A stretch of DNA of 64,000 nt, taken from positions 1 through 64,000 of the forward strand of contig JABLTG010000002.1 of NCBI GenBank assembly GCA_016618085.1, written 5' to 3'. The position numbers and the translations under genes are program-made. The number at the start of each line of letters is the position of its first letter. The first letter of the stretch is position 1. Below the pieces are notes generated by a model. The model was not told where the DNA came from. It was given only the letters and a program-made list of their open reading frames with translations, and did not search any database. This DNA is from Neovahlkampfia damariscottae (taxonomy: Eukaryota). Shown one piece after another: positions 11,203-22,512 of this stretch.

Positions 11203-11827
11203 CTAATTTAATGAATCCAATTGACTTTGAATTTTTTCAACTTTATTAAAAAAGTTATACAATTCATCTTTTGTGAATTCAACAACGACTTTATCTTCTA
11301 CAGTATCATTTTTTCCTAAAACTAATTCAAACACACTATTTGTTGATTTCAACTTTCCAGAAGAACTTTGACTCAATTTAATTTGAGTTCTCCAATTTAC
11401 ATCTTGCAATTCTAATGGACCTAAAGAAAAAAAAAAAAATTTAACACTGAAGAAAAAGTTACCTGATAAAATTTTTTCTTTTTTTGCTTTGATATAACCA
11501 GGTCCAAATTCTTCCCATGCTTTTTCAAAACATTCTGAATTTTCAGTTAAACCAAAGTCTTCGAGTTGACCTTTTAATTTTTCCGAATCAACTGTATAAT
11601 AAAGTGCTTGTTCAAAAATATATTGACAAGAATCAATAAGTAAATTTAATTGTTGTTCTGAATATTCAAAAATATCTCTTTTAATTTTTGATTTTTGATT
11701 TTTTAAAATATTGGACAAAACATGAAATATCTTTTTTGGTTCTGATTCATCGATTAATGAAATGGCAGTTTGAAACCTTTATAAATTAAATTATTTTTTT
11801 TTAAAACTGTTCTGTGTTGGTAAACAT
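11203..11827 (-). CDS. COMMD10: COMM domain protein 10 (3 exons)
   Basis: YIFEQALYY, VNWR, VVVEFTKDELYNFFNKVEKIQSQLDSL. Introns 11777-11807 and 11421-11462. Confidence 0.85.
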
Positions 11828-11852
11828 TTTTCGATTTTGGTGTGGTGATTTG

Positions 11853-11874
11853 ATTGGTGGTTTCATTTCATTGG
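11853..11874. promoter_or_regulatory. Paired CCAAT boxes in a 74-nt bidirectional promoter
   Basis: TGATTGG and TCATTGG lie between divergent ATGs at 11827 and 11902. Confidence 0.7.
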
Positions 11875-11901
11875 TTTAAATCCTAAACAAGCGCAAAAAA
11901 C

Positions 11902-13957
11902 ATGAGTGACGTTGATGTTGAGGAAATCAAAGAAAAACTTAAGATCCAAAAACTAGAATCCGAAGAAGAAATAGCAAATGCCAAAAGAGAAATGGAAGAT
12001 AAAATCAAAGCGTTAGAAAACGAAATTCATAACGAAATTAAAAAAAACGCAAAACAAAATGAAAATTCGGTTTCATATGAAAAAATGACGGAAGTAATCA
12101 AGAATTAAACTTTAAAACTTTAGAAATTACATGAACAAAAAAAAAAAGTCGAAACAAAATATAAAGAACAATTAAGAGAACTTTCAATGAAATATGATCA
12201 AGCAGAGAATAGAACTAAAGAAATGAGTCATCAATTAACATTATCAAAATCAGCCAGAAATAATATTGCGGAAGAATTTCAAACTATTCAAAAAGAAGTT
12301 TCAACTTTAAAAGAAGAAAAACAAAAATTTATAAAAGAAAAAGAAGAAATGGAAAAAGAGTATATAAGATTAAAATCAAATAAAAATAATGAAAATGAGA
12401 TGGAATTATTGATTAGAAAGTATGAAAAAAAAATAAAAGAAAAAGAAGGAATCATTCAAAGATATATGGAAAATGAAGTTGTATTTAATGAAAAATTAAA
12501 AAAATATGAATTAAAATTAATAGAAAACAAAGATTATTATGAAAAGAAATTAAAAAAATTACAAAATGACAAAAAGAATGAAACCAATATTGAAATACAA
12601 GAATTAGAAGAAATCATTGCAGAAAAAGAATTAAAAATACAAGAATTTGAAGAAATAGAAAAAGAATATAAAGAAGAAATTGTAAATTTACAAAAATCAA
12701 CACAAAACGCATTTCAAAAATTAAATTCATCTTCCACTGAAATTCAAAATTTTCAAAGTCAAATGGATCAATTAGTAGGTCATTATTCAAAAGAAATAAA
12801 AAAAGAAAAAGAAAATTCATCAAATTTATTAAAACAATTGAATCAAATGAAAGAAGAATTTGATAAAAATGAGGAAACTATTCAAAGTTTTAAAATTACA
12901 TTACATCATGCAAATGAAGAAATTAAAATTTTGGAAGCAGCACAAAGAGAATTTGAAAATGTTAATAAACAAAAATTTAAACAGTTAAGATCTGAATTAT
13001 TTGAAAAACAAAAACAAAATATGATGTTAATTTCACAATTAGATAAAATTTCGACAAAAGATGTAAAAGAATTTGAGAAATCAGTTGATCAACAATTGAA
13101 ACAATTTTCAGATTCTTCTGAAGTTATTTTGGATGATTATCAGAAAAGATCATTTGAATATGAAAAAACAATTAATAAATTAAAGAATGATTTGACAACT
13201 GCATCAAAAGAAATACAAATTTTGGACGCTGCTCAATTAGAATTTCAAAAAGTAAATAAAAAAACAGTCAAACATGTTAAAAACGAATTGAATCAAAATT
13301 TACAAGAAAAGAGAGTATTTGAAAGATACACAGAAAAAGGATTTGAAAAAATGAATCAATTGAAAATTGATTTAGAAAATTCAGAAAAAGAAATTAAAAT
13401 TTTAGATTCTGCTCAATTAGAATTTCAAACAGTTACAAAAATGCAATTCAAAAAATTGAAAGCTGAAATTATGGAATTGAAAAATCAAAATCAAATTTTA
13501 AATTCAATTCAACAATCAAGTTCAAAAGATAATAAAGAAATAACCTCATTATTGAAAGAAAATAAAGAATTGAGAAGTGAAAATGAAACATTAATCAAAA
13601 ATTTGAAAAGTCAAACAAAAAAGAATGCAAATGATTATTATACTCAATTCGCAGATAATTTGGCACAAGACAAACAAAAATTATCAGATGAATTGAAAAT
13701 TGAAAAATTATCAAATGAAAAACTTAAATTTGAATTTGATACATTGAAGGTTTTTATAAAAATGAACTCTAACCATTTTTATTTAGCAAAAAGCATCTGC
13801 AAAGATAAAGAACTATGAATTGGAAATTGAAAGATTAAAGAGCAATGGAAATACTAAAAATGAATTGAAAGAATTAAAAACACAAAAACAAATGTTTCAA
13901 TTATTAGCTTTAGTTTTGCCAGTAATTGCTGCCATGACTGTTTATTTTATGAAATAA
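11902..13957 (+). CDS. Long coiled-coil protein with C-terminal TM anchor (golgin-like architecture), 3 exons
   Basis: Heptad-rich. Introns 12094-12123 and 13750-13786. Ends LLALVLPVIAAMTVYFMK*. Confidence 0.75.
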
Positions 13958-14025
13958 ATAATTTAATTTAAATGTTACTTTATCCAATCAAACTCAATTA
14001 TTTTTACCTCTTACCAAAAGGAACA

Positions 14026-14789
14026 ATGAACAAGAGTCACTTTTTTGTTTGTTGTTCAATTATTTTTTTAAGTTGTATATTCTTCATGTACAGAGAAAAG
14101 GAAAATAAAGAAATTTCAAAAACTCCAAACTTAGTTTTTTATCAGAACAAAATACCTTCAGAACCAAATGGAGATAAAATAGGTTTAAATACATATCATT
14201 TTAAATTCTTTCAACAGAATTGATTCATAAAAATTGGTTTGGAGATTATAAAAGATTAGAAGTTAAAAAACTAAAAAAATTAAAAATCAACAGGAACATC
14301 ATGGATACATTCAATGGTTATTTCCAAATCTTGAGGATGTAGGAGTGAATCGTAAAAAAAAAAAATTAAAATTATTTTTCTTGTAGGTCAAGCATTCAAA
14401 TTATTAGAAGAAGAAGCTAAAATCATTTCAAAGGATAAAATATTAAAAGAAAGAGTTTTAAAGAGTTTCATTTTGATGCTTGATTTTTGGGGTATGAAAT
14501 TAGATGTCAAATCTGGAATCGTTTCGAGGTCGGATAATTATAAATCAAGATATTCAAATTGGATAGGTGGACATAATCATTTAAGAATCACTAGAACACT
14601 CAAATCGCTTCGTAAAATCATTAATTTCAATTTAATTTTGCATTTAAAGGAGATTTGGGTTTAAAAAAATATCAAAGAAATTTTTTGAAGTTTCTGTTGA
14701 AAGAAATCAATAATGGATCTTTGAAAAGTTGTTCAAGTAGTTATACAAGTCATTGGTTTCCAACTTTGAATCAAATTCATAAAAATTAA
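14026..14789 (+). CDS. OGFr-N (opioid growth factor receptor-like) domain protein with N-terminal signal anchor, 5 exons
   Basis: Spliced motifs LEEHHGYIQWLFP, MLDFWG, HNHLRITRTLKSL. Confidence 0.85.
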
Positions 14790-14952
14790 TGAAACTTTTG
14801 AAGATACAGTTTGAATGTTGCTTTTTCTTTTAGGATGTATTATTTGACGAATTTGGACTCTCAGGAAAATTTCCACAGACAGACATTTGAATTTCCTTAT
14901 TCTCGATTAGGTGAAAAAGTTGAAACTTGGTTGATTGGACAGTTGAGGGACA

Positions 14953-16838
14953 ATGAACAATAACTCCACAACACCTATGCTATCGTTTACTGTGAACGAT
15001 GGTATATTTATCTCGCTTCAAGGTGTGACAGTTTTGTTCACAATGTTACTTTTACTCATTTTTTGCTTGTTCAGAAAAGAAAAGGCTTTAAAATATAGAG
15101 GTTGTATTCCTTATTTCTCCGTCTTTGGTGTATGGCTATTAATTATACGGTTCATCATTTTTCACCTCAGTTTCTTAAAAACAAACAGCAAATTTTCATT
15201 TACGTACAAGTTAGAAACTTTTTTTTTTTTTGCTAATTTTTTTTCAGTTTTTCATGTTGGTGGTCTTTAATCATTTCAGCACCTGTACTTTTGTTATTTG
15301 TAGTATTTCAAATGCTCAGTGTATTACAATATTTAATCAACAAGAGAATAGATTCACTTAAAGATTTAACTTGGGGTTTATTTGACACAGCTCATGAAAA
15401 AACAGCAAAAGGAATGGCAAAGAGATTAAAAACTTTGAATTTATCATCAAATAGATCCTTGGATAGTTATCGTTCAACACCATTGACGCCCAAAAGTGAT
15501 AGAAATTTACTTTCACCAAAAGGCAATATATCACCATTGGATTTAAAGAGCAACAAAGATATGGAAAAGACATCAAAAAGTCTACCACAAACTCCAAAAA
15601 CAAAAAATGTGAAATTCACAGAATCAGAAATTGAGTTGAAGAATATTTCACCAAGAAATGAACTTGAATTACCAACTTCTTTAAAATTACCTAATTTAAC
15701 TTCAAATGAAAACTTATCTGAGCATTCAGATGAACATTCAACAAAACCAATGAGAGTAGATCATAATAACGAAACAACTGATGATTTAACGACATCAAAT
15801 ACAATGAGTGTTGATTTAGATGAAGATGATATTAAGAATTTACATAGTATGTTTTTCAAATTGAAAATTGCCAAATTTTTTGGTTCTTTCATATTCAAAG
15901 CGATTGTTATCATTCTGTCTACAATTATCATAGTTTTAGGTCACGTAGGAATTCAAGGTGGCCTTGATATTGCAACAAAAGGATGTACTTATGATAGAAT
16001 TGGTTATGCAAATGGTGTATCTTCATTAATCACTCCAATATTTCTCTTTTTTCTTTTGATTGCAAATCTTGTGATTATGTTAGTAGATGCAGCTCTTTTC
16101 ATTAAAGAAAATGGATTTAAACCAAAAGTTTATTATCTAGTTGATGATCCTTATGGTTTTAGAATTGAACATTTGATTGGTGTAACCATTTTGATTTTAC
16201 TTTCACCAATAACGATAGCCACACTTGTTGGTGATTTACTTCAAATGAGAAATGGATCACCAAATATTTTCACAACAAGAGGTGAATTATTTTCAATTGG
16301 TGTTTCATTAACTCTTGTTGTAATTGAATGGATGGTATTAATTGCATTAACACCTGTTGGAGTTATTTTATCCATTTTTGCATTCATTAAAAGATTATTA
16401 CAACCTGTTGTTTATGATTCTGAATTTGAAGCATTCATTAAAACAAAAACTGGAAAACAAATATTTAAAAAATATGCCAAAAAAGAATGGTCTTTAGAAA
16501 ATATTTTATTTTTTGAAGATGTTGAAAAATATCAAAAAATATGGATTTACAAAGTAGCAAAAAAAAGAGCAACAGAATTGATAAAAAATTATATTGAAGT
16601 TGGATCTCCTTTAGAATTGAATTTATCAGGTGATACGAGGAGATTAACAAAAACAAAAGTTAAAAATTTCAGAGATTATAAAGAAGTTTATAAACATATT
16701 TTTAATGATGCAATCAGAGAAACAAGAAGAAATATGAAAGATACATATGCAAGAATTATACACACAAATGATTTTCGAGAATGGAAAGCATCAACTAAAA
16801 TTCTTGTTGATGATGATTCTGGAATGATGTCAGAATGA
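14953..16838 (+). CDS. 7TM-RGS protein (2 exons)
   Basis: Seven hydrophobic segments, then an RGS box (FKKYAKKEWSLENILFF...YIEVGSPLELNL...DTYAR). Intron 15210-15247. Confidence 0.85.
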
Positions 16839-16924
16839 TGTAATTTATCAAAAAAAAAATAAATTTGAACTGTATCCAGATTGAATGAATTTTTAATAAC
16901 TTTTGTTTATTGAAGAAATAACTT

Positions 16925-17499
16925 TTATTCAATGACTTCTAATGATTCAGCTTTTTCTTCAAGTTCTCCTGCTTTTTCTTCAAGTTGTTGAGCTTTTAAT
17001 TCAAGTGTTTCAGCTTGGTCTTCTTCTAAAGAATGAACTGATTCTGCAGAACATAAACCTCCAGACAAAGAACCTGCATTTAATTGTTGTGATAATTTAT
17101 TCCCAATTACAGCAGTTTCTGGGTCCATTTTCAATTTATTTGCAACAGTTGAACAAATACAATCTTTAGTAGGACAGGTTGCTCTTAAAGAAATAGGTTA
17201 AGTGAATTTTTTTGTTACCGTAATTTCTTAACAATGCGAACGCTTTCTCTGATTTTAAAGCTCCATGGTGAACATGTTGTACATGGGTTACATGAAAGAT
17301 AAATTGGTAAACTTCCATAAATTGGTAAACTTGAACGAGCTGCTTTTCCAATCAAACTACGATACTTTCTGAATGAAAGAGCGTTTGAAATAGGATCCTT
17401 TGGGTTACATAAGCTACCACCATCAGTTGATTTTGATGGAAGGCCTATAACTACAGCGATGAGTAAACTAAGAACTACAATAATCGTGTTGTAAGACAT
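16925..17499 (-). CDS. Small secreted Cys-rich protein with acidic tail (2 exons)
   Basis: Signal peptide, CNPCTTC and CPTKDCIC, one GT-AG intron. Alternative ATG at 17523. Confidence 0.7.
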
Positions 17500-17659
17500 A
17501 AGATATTTTGATTGGGTTTTCATTTTGATTGGTCTATAAATGCAGTTTTTTTTTTTGACTTTGAAGTCAATTTTCTTGATCACTTACTTTACAAAACTCT
17601 TTCTTTTTTTTTTTTGAAAATACAACAGAAAAACCTAATTGGTTGAATTCAATTTTCTT

Positions 17660-18412
17660 ATGGCACTGACTTTTGAACAAATAGTGAAAGAAAATAAAAC
17701 ACAAACATCAGAGAATCTTGATGCATCAAAATTATCTCAAGAAGAATTAAACAACTTTGAGATTGCCAAAAAATACATTGAAAACAATTCTGATAATTAT
17801 ATTCATTTTTCAGATAAACTAAAATCTAATTTAGAAATAATCAGATTATCAATGAAAGGAGATTCTGAAAATATACAATATTTACCAAAACACTTTCAAA
17901 AAGATGAAAAATTATTGTTACAACTTCATAAAGAATTTTTATTCTCTTTGGAACATTTAAACGAAGATTTATTATCAAACAAACAATTTATTCATGATTT
18001 ACTATCAAATTCTAAAGGATTATTTGACGTAGAAGATTTGAAATTTTTGGCACCAGAAATTTTAAAAGATGAAAAATTAATGAATTTAGCAATAGAAATA
18101 GATCCATTTTCTTTAGAATATATGTCAGATGAATTAAAAAATAACAAAGAAATCGTTTTAAAGGCTGTTTTAAAAAATGGATTTTCCATACAATTCGCAT
18201 CTGACAAATTAAAATCCAACAAAGAAATAGTTTCAAAAGCTGTAGAAAAAAACGGATTAAGTTTAATTCACATTTCCGATCAAAAATTATTATCCGATTT
18301 AGACATTGCTCTGATTGGTTTATCCAATTTTGAAGATACAATAGAATACATGAACCCAGAATTACATCAACATCCAAAAATCATTAATCATTTTTCAAAA
18401 AACGAAAAATAA
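17660..18412 (+). CDS. DUF4116-repeat protein
   Basis: NKEIVLKAVLKNGFSIQFASDKLKSNKEIVSKAVEKNG repeats. Confidence 0.8.
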   Translation: MALTFEQIVKENKTQTSENLDASKLSQEELNNFEIAKKYIENNSDNYIHFSDKLKSNLEIIRLSMKGDSENIQYLPKHFQKDEKLLLQLHKEFLFSLEHLNEDLLSNKQFIHDLLSNSKGLFDVEDLKFLAPEILKDEKLMNLAIEIDPFSLEYMSDELKNNKEIVLKAVLKNGFSIQFASDKLKSNKEIVSKAVEKNGLSLIHISDQKLLSDLDIALIGLSNFEDTIEYMNPELHQHPKIINHFSKNEK

Positions 18413-18446
18413 AAAAAAATATCTTATTCTTTAACTTTAAAAACTT

Positions 18447-20358
18447 TTACAAATTTGAATGTGTCTTACAATTTTCATCAACAATTTTTTTAATATCATG
18501 TAAAGTTGAAATTAAAGATTTTCCAAATTGAGATGCTTCTCCTTTAAAACTTGTACATGCAACATGGAATGCATTATTTTCAACAATATAACCAAGACCA
18601 AAACCTTCTCCTGCTGTTGGTCCAAAAGTAAATAAATTTAATGCAGGAGTTCCAGATGAATTACTTGTTGATAACATATCAGTTTTCATTGTTGGATATG
18701 CTTTATCAGTATAAAGTTCAGGCATATTATAATTTGAATATTTTTGAATATTATGTTTTGCCAATTGTTGCATTCCATATAAATGACGATCAACACCACT
18801 TCCATTTTTAGATTCATTTGAAATTCTAACATGAGTTTCACATGCTTTCATAAATGCATCATAAATCTCTTTTGAACTTGCAGTTGGATTTGTAAATTGT
18901 TCACAAAAATATTTTGAATCTTTTGAACAACTTCTAATAGTTCCAGTTCTTCCATGATAAAATCTTTTTGTGTTTGATGATTCATAAGTTGATCCAACTT
19001 GTCCTCTTAATCTATAATAAGCTAATTGATATGCAATTTGAATGAATGCATCTGGACTACATTTATGTGAAGTTGCATATTTTTTACCAAAATCTTCAAA
19101 ATCAACCACAAAAGTATCAACAGATCCAAATAAATCATCTGTATTTTTTTCAGCAGATTTAATATCAGCATATGTTTTTTCTGATAATTCAAATGAAAGT
19201 GGTTCAACAGTTGATGTTTTTACTTGATCTAATGAAGTAACAATTGAGTCAGTGTTTGATGTCCAATAACCCATTGCTGCTTGTGCTAAAAATAGAATTG
19301 TATGACCATCATAACCAGAATGTTCTTGATTGATACCAGCATCTCCATTTTGTGCAACAATAATTTGAAATGATTTATCAAAATATCTATTACGTCCTGT
19401 ACCGTGTAATAACATTTGACTATATTCATTACGATTTTTTGGACTGTAATTTTCTAAAACTAAAGCAAAAATAGCAGTATCAATAACTTCTAATGATTGT
19501 TTGTTTAATTTTGAATATTCAATCATGTGATCTCTAGCAACTGCCCAAACATCTCTGTCTTCACAAGTTAAAACTCCGATTGGTGCTTTTGTTCTTGTTT
19601 TTGAATCTTCATAAATAGATTTTAAATCTCCTGTAAGTGTTGTTTCACTTTTTAAATTTCCATCTTTTTCATAAACATCTAATTTATAAAATTGATTTCC
19701 AGCAATAACAATAACATGTTTTGAGTCTTTCAAGTTTAGGAGAATATCACGTCCTACTTTTGGAATTCTTGTAGCACAAAGAAGTTTATTGTATTGTGAC
19801 ATACATAATGGTGTTGTTCTTTCCATATCAGTTTCTTTTTTTCCAGAAGCAATTTTTTGATGGAATTGAACAATTCCGAGTGTTAAAGCAGCTCCTCTTG
19901 ATGCATAATTTGTTCTTTTTTCATCTTTAACAAAACCGTAAGCTGGGTTAACATGAATTGGACTGTGTGTGAAAATTAAGATTTTTTTTTTTTTACTTTG
20001 GACAACGTAATTCCATGTACATTGTGTCCCAAAAACCAGCTAACCATGAAGTAGGTGCTTTTTTAGCAAGTTCTCTGAGTTCTTCATCAAGTTCAGGTCC
20101 TTTTCCTTTTGAGAATTTTTCAACAACTTTTTTTGTTTGTTCAAATTCTTCTGTTGTTAAAAGACATTCAACAGTATCAAGGTATTTGTTTAATGTTTTT
20201 TTGAGTTCTGGAATAGGAAGACGTGGAAGATCTTTGTTTTCAAGATAATCGTATTTAGCTAAATAATCAACCATTATGCCACGATTTTGTTGTAAGATGC
20301 GTTTTCCGATTCGTCGAAATTGACCAATTGATAAAGAGCTTAAACGAATTAGAACCAT
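18447..20358 (-). CDS. Carnitine O-acyltransferase (choline/carnitine acyltransferase family), 2 exons
   Basis: LPRLPIP, PLCMSQY, NRYFDKS, catalytic EHSGYDG, TYES, VDRHL, LSTS. Intron ~19963-19996. Confidence 0.92.
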
Positions 20359-20633
20359 CTCAATTCTTCTTTCTTAACTTCTCAACCGAAAAAATAAGTT
20401 GTTAAAACACTTCTATTGGTGAGGATTAACCAATAAAAAATTAAAAATTTGTTTTCAAAGAATATTCATTTTTACCAAATCAGAAGAGCAAATAAGAAAA
20501 TATTAATTTATCCGATCCCCAAAAAACTAAAAAGTCGATTGGTGGAAAATTAAATTTGGAAAAAAATCTGAAAACCAACAATAATAACGGTCGATGAATA
20601 CCCTAAAAATTACTCGTCCAATTAAATCATCTC

Positions 20634-22343
20634 ATGTCAACAACAGAAATTATTGCTTCAACAGAGGTCACAATTTTAACTTTCAACGATATTTATGATT
20701 TTAATCCAGATCATGAAGGATTAGGTGGTCTTTCAGAATTACAAACAATAATTGAAAAAGAAAAATCCAAAGAGAAGAATGTAATAACGTGTTTAAATGG
20801 TGATTTTTTGGAGGTCTCAAGTTTAGCATCAATATACAAAGGTTCTCATATGATTGATATTTTCAACGAAATGTCAAGTAAAATCATCAAAATTATCTTA
20901 TTAACAGTAAAGTTGATTATGTTTGTTTAGGTAATCATGAATTTGACCACGGTGAAGAAGAATTGAAAAAAAGAATAAAAGAGTCCAAATTTAAATGGAT
21001 TAATTCAAATATTCATGAAAATCAAAAAGTGTTAGAAGGAACAAAAGAATATGAGATTTTAACTTTTGACAAGATTGTGAGAAAATTTTTGAAATTTATT
21101 TTTATTTAGAAAATTGGAATGTTTTCTCTATGTACAGAAGAAACAAGAAATATAAGCTATCCTGGTGAATCTATTGAATTTTTGGACTGCACTTCAACAA
21201 CAGAAAAAATGTTGAAAATTTTTGAAAAAGAAAAAATAGATGTCATTATTGGAATTACTCATCTTGCATTAAAATTTGATATAGAATTGGCCAAAAAGTT
21301 TCCAAGCATCAATGTAATTATTGGTGGACATGACCATGTTTGTTATTTTTTTTCATTAACAATTTAGAATCCAATTTCAGTTCAACAAGGAAATACATTA
21401 ATCATGAAATCAGGTCATGATGCTCATTACTTAGGAAATATAAAATTGAACATTAAAAAAACGAAACATTCATTTCAAAAAAATGATTATGTTCACACAA
21501 GAGTTATTCCTGACTGGAAATTTATTTTGAATCAAAAAGGAACAAATAAAGAGAATATGAAAGTAAAAGAGAGAATTCAACACTATATGCAGTTTTTACC
21601 TGAAGATGAAGACTTTGCAATTTGTGAATCTTTTCTTGATTCAACTACAGAGACAGGTGACAATATTTTATTTTTAATTTTTGTATTCAGTCAGGGGTAA
21701 GGAAGCAGTTTTTGGGAATTTGGTCTGTGATGCTGTTTTATTCAACTATCAATCAGAAATCGCATTTGTAAATGGAGGAACAATTAGAGGTGATAGACAT
21801 TATGCACCAGGTCATGTTATCACGAAATCAGGTAAAATATACACAATATCAACTAAATTATCAAGACTTAAACATAGAATTACCTTTCATCAATCCATGG
21901 TAAACAAATTTCAATTTTTTTTTTTGATTTTATAGTTATGAATGTAAAATTCTTGGAAAAGATTTATTACAATTATTTGAAGAGTCAATGAATAAAGTTG
22001 GTACGAGACATGGTAGTTTTCCACATTTCTCAAAAGGAATTTCTTTAACATTTGATTTAAAGAATGAAGTTGGAAGTCGATTGATAAAATCTTCATTTAA
22101 TGGTGAACCAATTGATGAAAATCGTTGGTATTCATTAGTATCAACAAAATATCTACTATCAGGTACATTTATTTTGAATTAATTTTTCCATCAGGTGGAG
22201 ATTCTTATTTAAGTTTAAAAAATGGAATTAGTGTTACAAATAATTCAGATGGAACAATTGTGAGAGATTCAGTTGAAAAATATTTAAAACATGAAAAAGT
22301 TGTTTCACCAAAAATTGAAGGAAGGATACATTTGATTCATTAA
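20634..22343 (+). CDS. 5'-nucleotidase/apyrase family metallophosphoesterase without signal peptide, 8 exons
   Basis: [37 protein letters not shown] and GGDSY across 7 GT-AG introns. Confidence 0.9.
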
Positions 22344-22512
22344 ACTCTTTTTTGAACCAATCATTTTAGTTCCAAACCTCATTTACTTTTTGTCAACTAA
22401 AAACTACTTTCAGATGAATGACTTGACGAATAAACTTTCAAAGAAATATTGAAATTTCGAAATACCTTCAACTTATAAATAGATTTGACCAATCAAATTC
22501 AAATAACAAAAG

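Noticed and set aside
20873..20915. Apparent skipping of a CAG acceptor in the nucleotidase first intron
   Set aside because: An upstream GTCAAG donor with the CAG acceptor gives the better protein ([14 protein letters not shown]), so splicing is canonical.
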